Positions 59,721-64,000 of a stretch of 64,000 bases of DNA are shown piece by piece. The position numbers were made by a program, and so were the translations under genes. This DNA comes from Felis catus (Eukaryota). The DNA is taken from positions 15,688,001-15,752,000 of the forward strand of contig NC_058369.1 of the NCBI RefSeq assembly GCF_018350175.1. The letters are read 5' to 3'. Within the stretch, counting starts at the first letter, position 1; each line of letters opens with the position of its first letter. Below the pieces are notes generated by a model. That model was not told the DNA's origin and searched no databases. It worked only from the letters and a program-made list of their open reading frames with translations.

Positions 59721-60326
59721 GTACGGGACTCAATGCAGTGACTTATGCAGCCGTTGGACGCGACACAGAAGAATAGGATACATGAAAATACTCACGCAGT
59801 GTGGGGTTTTACAAGACTATAAAATGAGATGTAGAATATCCGTTTGTGTTGAAAAATGAGGTACCTATGTATTTAAAAAAACCGGAAGGCTCTCCCCCGA
59901 AGTGGTTTCCTTGTCTCTATTTTCCTATTGTTCTACAATGAAAACGTATTGCTCTCACAGTGAGAAAACAAAAAAGTTATTTTCAAAAAAGAAGAACACA
60001 GGGCCATGGGTGTGAGAGCGGGATGACGCTAAGGGGACACGGGGGAACTTCCGACGGGGAGGGAACCGCTCTCCGTCTTCACTGTGGTCACACGGGGCTG
60101 AATCACTGTTCTTTTCTGGACCTACGTTCCCTCTTCGGCAGAACCGGGTCACGGAGCCGGGTGGGATCGGAGGCCCCTGAGATCACAGAAGCCACTGGCC
60201 GCGCCCGGCATGGAGACTGGCGGGATGATTGACTACAGTGTATTATTTGTCAAAGTCTAAGCACTGTCCACATAAAGGGGGAAGTTTACTGTCCATAGAT
60301 TGTACCTTAAGAAAAAAGTACAGACT

Positions 60327-60545
60327 GGAGCGCCTGGGTGGCTCAGTCGGTTAAGCTTCCGACTTTGGCTCAGGTCGTGATCTCACAGTTCCTGAGTTCA
60401 AGCCCCGCGTCGGGCTCTGCGCTGACAGCTCGGAGCCTGGAGCCTGGAGCCTGCTTTGGATTCTGTGTCTCCCTCTCCCTCTGCCCCTCCCCTCCTCACT
60501 CTCTCAAAAACAAACATTACAAAAAGTTAAACACATAAATAAATA
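60327..60545 (+). mobile_element. Can-SINE
   Basis: TSD AAAAGYACAGACTG. Confidence 0.88.
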
Positions 60546-60689
60546 AAAGCACAGACTGAAAGCCATCATGGGTGCCGAGTCAGCCTGTGGGGTGCCCCCG
60601 GCTCTGGCACTGGAGGCCGGGGCTCCCCCTGTGGTGCTCCTGTCCCCCAGGCCCCCTGGGAAGCCCCTGCTCGGGGCTCAGTCACTCAC

Positions 60690-60785
60690 ATCAATTCTCC
60701 AGACTTCAGCAAGCAGACCTCAGCATCCTGCCCCAACAGCATGTCTTCGGTGTCCTCAGGGGTTAGCGAGTTTGACACGGCGTCC
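60690..60785 (-). CDS. FYCO1: FYCO1 internal exon, 96 bp ([31 protein letters not shown])
   Basis: Minus-strand tttcag acceptor and gtgagt donor; ends in AT that joins G of the next exon to give Met; matches the FYCO1 pre-GOLD segment. Missed by the ORF track. Confidence 0.92.
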
Positions 60786-61495
60786 CTGAAACGTCACACA
60801 CGAGAACACAGCCATTTTAGCCATCGGCACCTGGGGGTCCCACAGCCTTGGAGTCACGTGGCCAAGCTCAGACTGCCTGGGATCCTTCAGTCACAGAGGC
60901 CACGACAGGGGCTGCGGCAGGCTCTCCAGGTAGGGGCGAGGGGCTGGGGCCACGCGGGCAGGATGGGGAGAAGACCACGAGGCCTCAGTGGTTTCCCTGC
61001 TGGGGTTCTGGTGGGCATAGGGAGGGGCCGCCCGCAACACAAAGGACCACCGTCCGACCCCGCGCCAGCCAGCGGAGCAGTGGGCAGCACCGTGGGTCCC
61101 GCCTGGGGACCCGTGACAGCCAAGCCTGCTCTGGCCCATCTCGGGGGCAACCAGGACACCCAGGGAACGGTGCGGGCCAGGAGGGAGCCGAGGGGCACGG
61201 CCATGGGCAGAGAGTGGACCTAAGCCACGTCCACATCGCCTCTTTCCCTCACAGCCCACTATCGGCTGCACTGAGAGCCGGCGGTGGGTGCCAGCTGCCA
61301 ATGAAGACACACCGTGCTTTCCGCACAGTGCCCTGTGGGACGCCGGGGCCAGGGGCGGAGGGCAGCACACGCCCTCTCGTAGAGAGTCCCCGCGTATTTA
61401 CACAGTAAGTTCGAGGTTCTAGGAACCCTGCAACAAAGTGATCTCCTGGATTTAAAGCTAGCGTTCCTGCATTTATTTGACCGTGGGACATTTGA

Positions 61496-61702
61496 TTTTT
61501 TTTTTTTTTAAGTTTTTTATGTGTATTTATTTTGCGAGAGAGTGAGCAAGCGCGGGGGAGGGGCAGAGAGCGAGAAACCCATGCAGGCTCTGCCCTGCCA
61601 GCACAGAGCCTGACTCGGGGCTCGAACTAACGAACTGTGAGATATGACCTGAGCCGAAACCAAGAGTCAGATGTTTAACCGACTGAGCTACCCAGGCGCC
61701 CT
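61496..61702 (-). mobile_element. Can-SINE
   Basis: Antisense head/tail. Confidence 0.85.
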
Positions 61703-62353
61703 GATGGTGGGACATTTTAAGCCCTTCCTGAACCCCCTGCTCTGGGAGTGCAGACTGCAGGCCTCCTCCTCACTGACGGGGCCACAGAGGCACAGGCAGC
61801 TCCCGAGACGCGGGCCCGAGCCCCACGCCCCGACTCTAGCTTCCTGCTCACCCTGCCAGGCCCCAGTGTCCGCTCAGCCAATGGCCGAGTGGGGCGTCAG
61901 ACCCAACCAGCTTGAGTGCACGGTTCTGCTTAGAGAACTTAGGTCCAGAAAAGAAGAGCCATTTGCCCCGTGGGCAGGTGTCAATAAGGAAGATCTCCCA
62001 CCTGGCACAGCTTCTTCCCCAAATGTCACAATAACCCCCTTCTCAACTGCCCGGAGGGCTCTCCCCAGAGGTCTCCGGGGTGAGGTCAGTGCGCCCCAAA
62101 CCGCCCCCCTCCCACCGCCAACAGGTACCCTTGGGTTCTCACCAGCCTGGCCCCGGGGGACACTCACTCGACCTCTGAGGCCCTGAAGGAACTTGAGTGA
62201 ACTCAGTCCTGCCCCATCCCACCCCACCCCACCCCGCCTACTGCTGGAGTGCCTGGAGAGGTTAGCCCCGGTCCGTGGTGGGGTGGGCACCGCACAGGAC
62301 ACTGACTCGGGCACGGGCCGCGTCCCGCAAACGCTCTCTGTCTGAGGCAGACT

Positions 62354-62367
62354 CGTGCGCGCGCGTG

Positions 62368-62409
<42 letters not shown>
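62354..62409. repeat. (CG/TG)-(CA)n compound microsatellite
   Basis: CGTGCGCGCGCGTGCGCGCG followed by (CA)n. Confidence 0.95.
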
Positions 62410-62410
<1 letters not shown>

Positions 62411-64000
62411 CTGGAAGCATCCTGCTGGAAGAAGGGGGGGGGGTCTCAGCATACACAGTGGCACGTGCAAGGTCAGTGGCTGGCAGCAAGCGTCCGGACC
62501 ACGTGCTCAGACAGCCCTCTGTCCACCACCTTCACACCCACTGCGCAGCCGTGATTTGTGCTGGAAAACCGGTGTGCCCGGCCGACGGCGCAGTCTGGGC
62601 GGCACGGCGGGCGGCCCTCAGCCATGCCCGGGGATCCCTGCGCTCAGCTGAGCTCAGGACCTGACCTGATACCGTCCCTGGGACACCAGGAATTCAAGAG
62701 AGCATAGCGGCTGAGGCCCAGAGCTTCTGCCTGGAGGCGGCAGGCATCACCTCTGCCTGCAGGGGATTCTCCGCCCGCCCCTGCTGACATTTCACTGCCA
62801 GGCGAGTCCCACGGCCAAGCCCACGACCACGACCACGGGGGCGGGACATTCATCCTTCCACAGGGAGAGGCACCGACACGGACAGGTCGGGATGCAAGAT
62901 GTGCCCGTGGGGAGCGGCTGCAGATGGTCTACCTGAAGGTCCCCCTGAGCAGCCAGGGGCTCTCCGCTTGGGGGCAGAAAGGGGTGGTTTAGAGCAGACG
63001 ACACCCAGCGGGTCTCCGCGAAGCCTGTCCCGGCTGTCACTCGCCTATGGGGCCGTGGCGTCGGCACACGTGGTGGTGCACCTGCACGGACGGCGCGGTG
63101 TGCACAGTGTGGGGGATGCGACAGGCAGCTTCCCCGGGGTCAGGTACACAGGCAGGTGCAGCCTGCTCCCACCCGCGAGCCCTCCTTCCCACTCCTCCCT
63201 GCACCCCGTCTACCATGGCCCTGGTCACCCCGGGCCTTCCTTCTCTTCTCTGGGTCCTCTCTCTCCCTGGGCTGAGGGCCCTTTGGAAGTAGGCCCGGCG
63301 CACACGGGGCGGCCGCTGCCGTCTGCGGGAACCACGCGGTGCGCTCGCCGCCTGCTAAGCGACAGACGTAGGGGTGCAAACTGCTCGCGTGGAAATTCAG
63401 AAGAGGGCGGAGAAATGCTGACAAAGGGAAGAACCGAGGACAGGTCCCGGAGGGCTGGAGACCGGGTCACGCATGGTGTGGCAGATGCTGGGTTCGCAGG
63501 GCGCCCACTGCTGACTTACAAGGCCCCTCTGTCCGGGGGTAGAGCCGGTGCTGCCCAGGGAGAGGCCTCTGGCCTCCCAGGAAGCCTCCGGCACGAGACG
63601 GGGCTTCAAGATGTCACGCCCACTCGCCACCGGGCTCAGCAGCCCCTCTGGCATTTAGCTCTGTCGGCTGCTGGAGGGTGAGACGGCTGTCAGGCACTGC
63701 CGCGAGTGGGTGGTGGCGGGGCCAGCACAAGGAGCTGCCTAGATAACCAGGCACCCACTAGTACCCAGCTGCCCGGCCGGAGCTGTCCGCACACAGTCCC
63801 CGTCGGCCAGCCGTAAGCGGCGCAGCCCGTCTTCAGACACCCTGCCCTGCAGGGGCGGAGCGTGGCCCTGAGCAAGTGGGCACTCCAGAGGCAGGAGAGG
63901 CAGGAGAGGCCGTGTGGCTCCGGGTGGGGTCGTCACTCCGAGGTGGTTCCAGCCTTGGCTTTATGGCTGTGACTCTGGTGCCCTTCCCTCCTCCGAGGTC

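Noticed and set aside
60786..64000. CXCR6, further FYCO1 exons or LZTFL1 coding exons
   Set aside because: No second GPCR ORF or matching exon found; by synteny they should lie outside the window.

Overview
Mammalian genomic DNA from a felid, judged by ~36 feline Can-SINEs (SINEC_Fc type). It is the orthologue of the human 3p21.31 chemokine-receptor cluster. It holds the complete CCR9 gene on + (non-coding exon 1 ~19108-19258; exon 2 27198-27242 with ATG at 27222; coding exon 3 32997-34079; 367 aa long isoform; poly(A) signal ~35508). It also holds the last four coding exons and ~3.2 kb 3' UTR of FYCO1 on - (60690-60785, 57698-57908, 51891-52000, 49882-49957; poly(A) signal 46667-46672). The rest is intronic/intergenic sequence with SINEs, old L1/L2/MIR, MLT1/LTR16 LTRs, hAT relics and simple repeats. 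Nearly all ORFs in the supplied track are spurious. I cannot support a wholly new gene system here. The best leads are: an extended miR-142-3p site beside a miR-17 site just after the FYCO1 stop; an apparently relocated, isoform-specific N-glycosylation sequon in CCR9; a poly(A)-less L1 fragment with a 14-bp TSD 44 bp behind CCR9's start-codon exon; two dense lymphoid enhancer-like motif clusters ~10 and ~12 kb upstream of CCR9; and a hierarchical ~780-bp GATA array in CCR9 intron 1. Comparisons with human/mouse sequences, miRNA sequences and repeat subfamilies are from memory, were not computed, and repeat boundaries are approximate.
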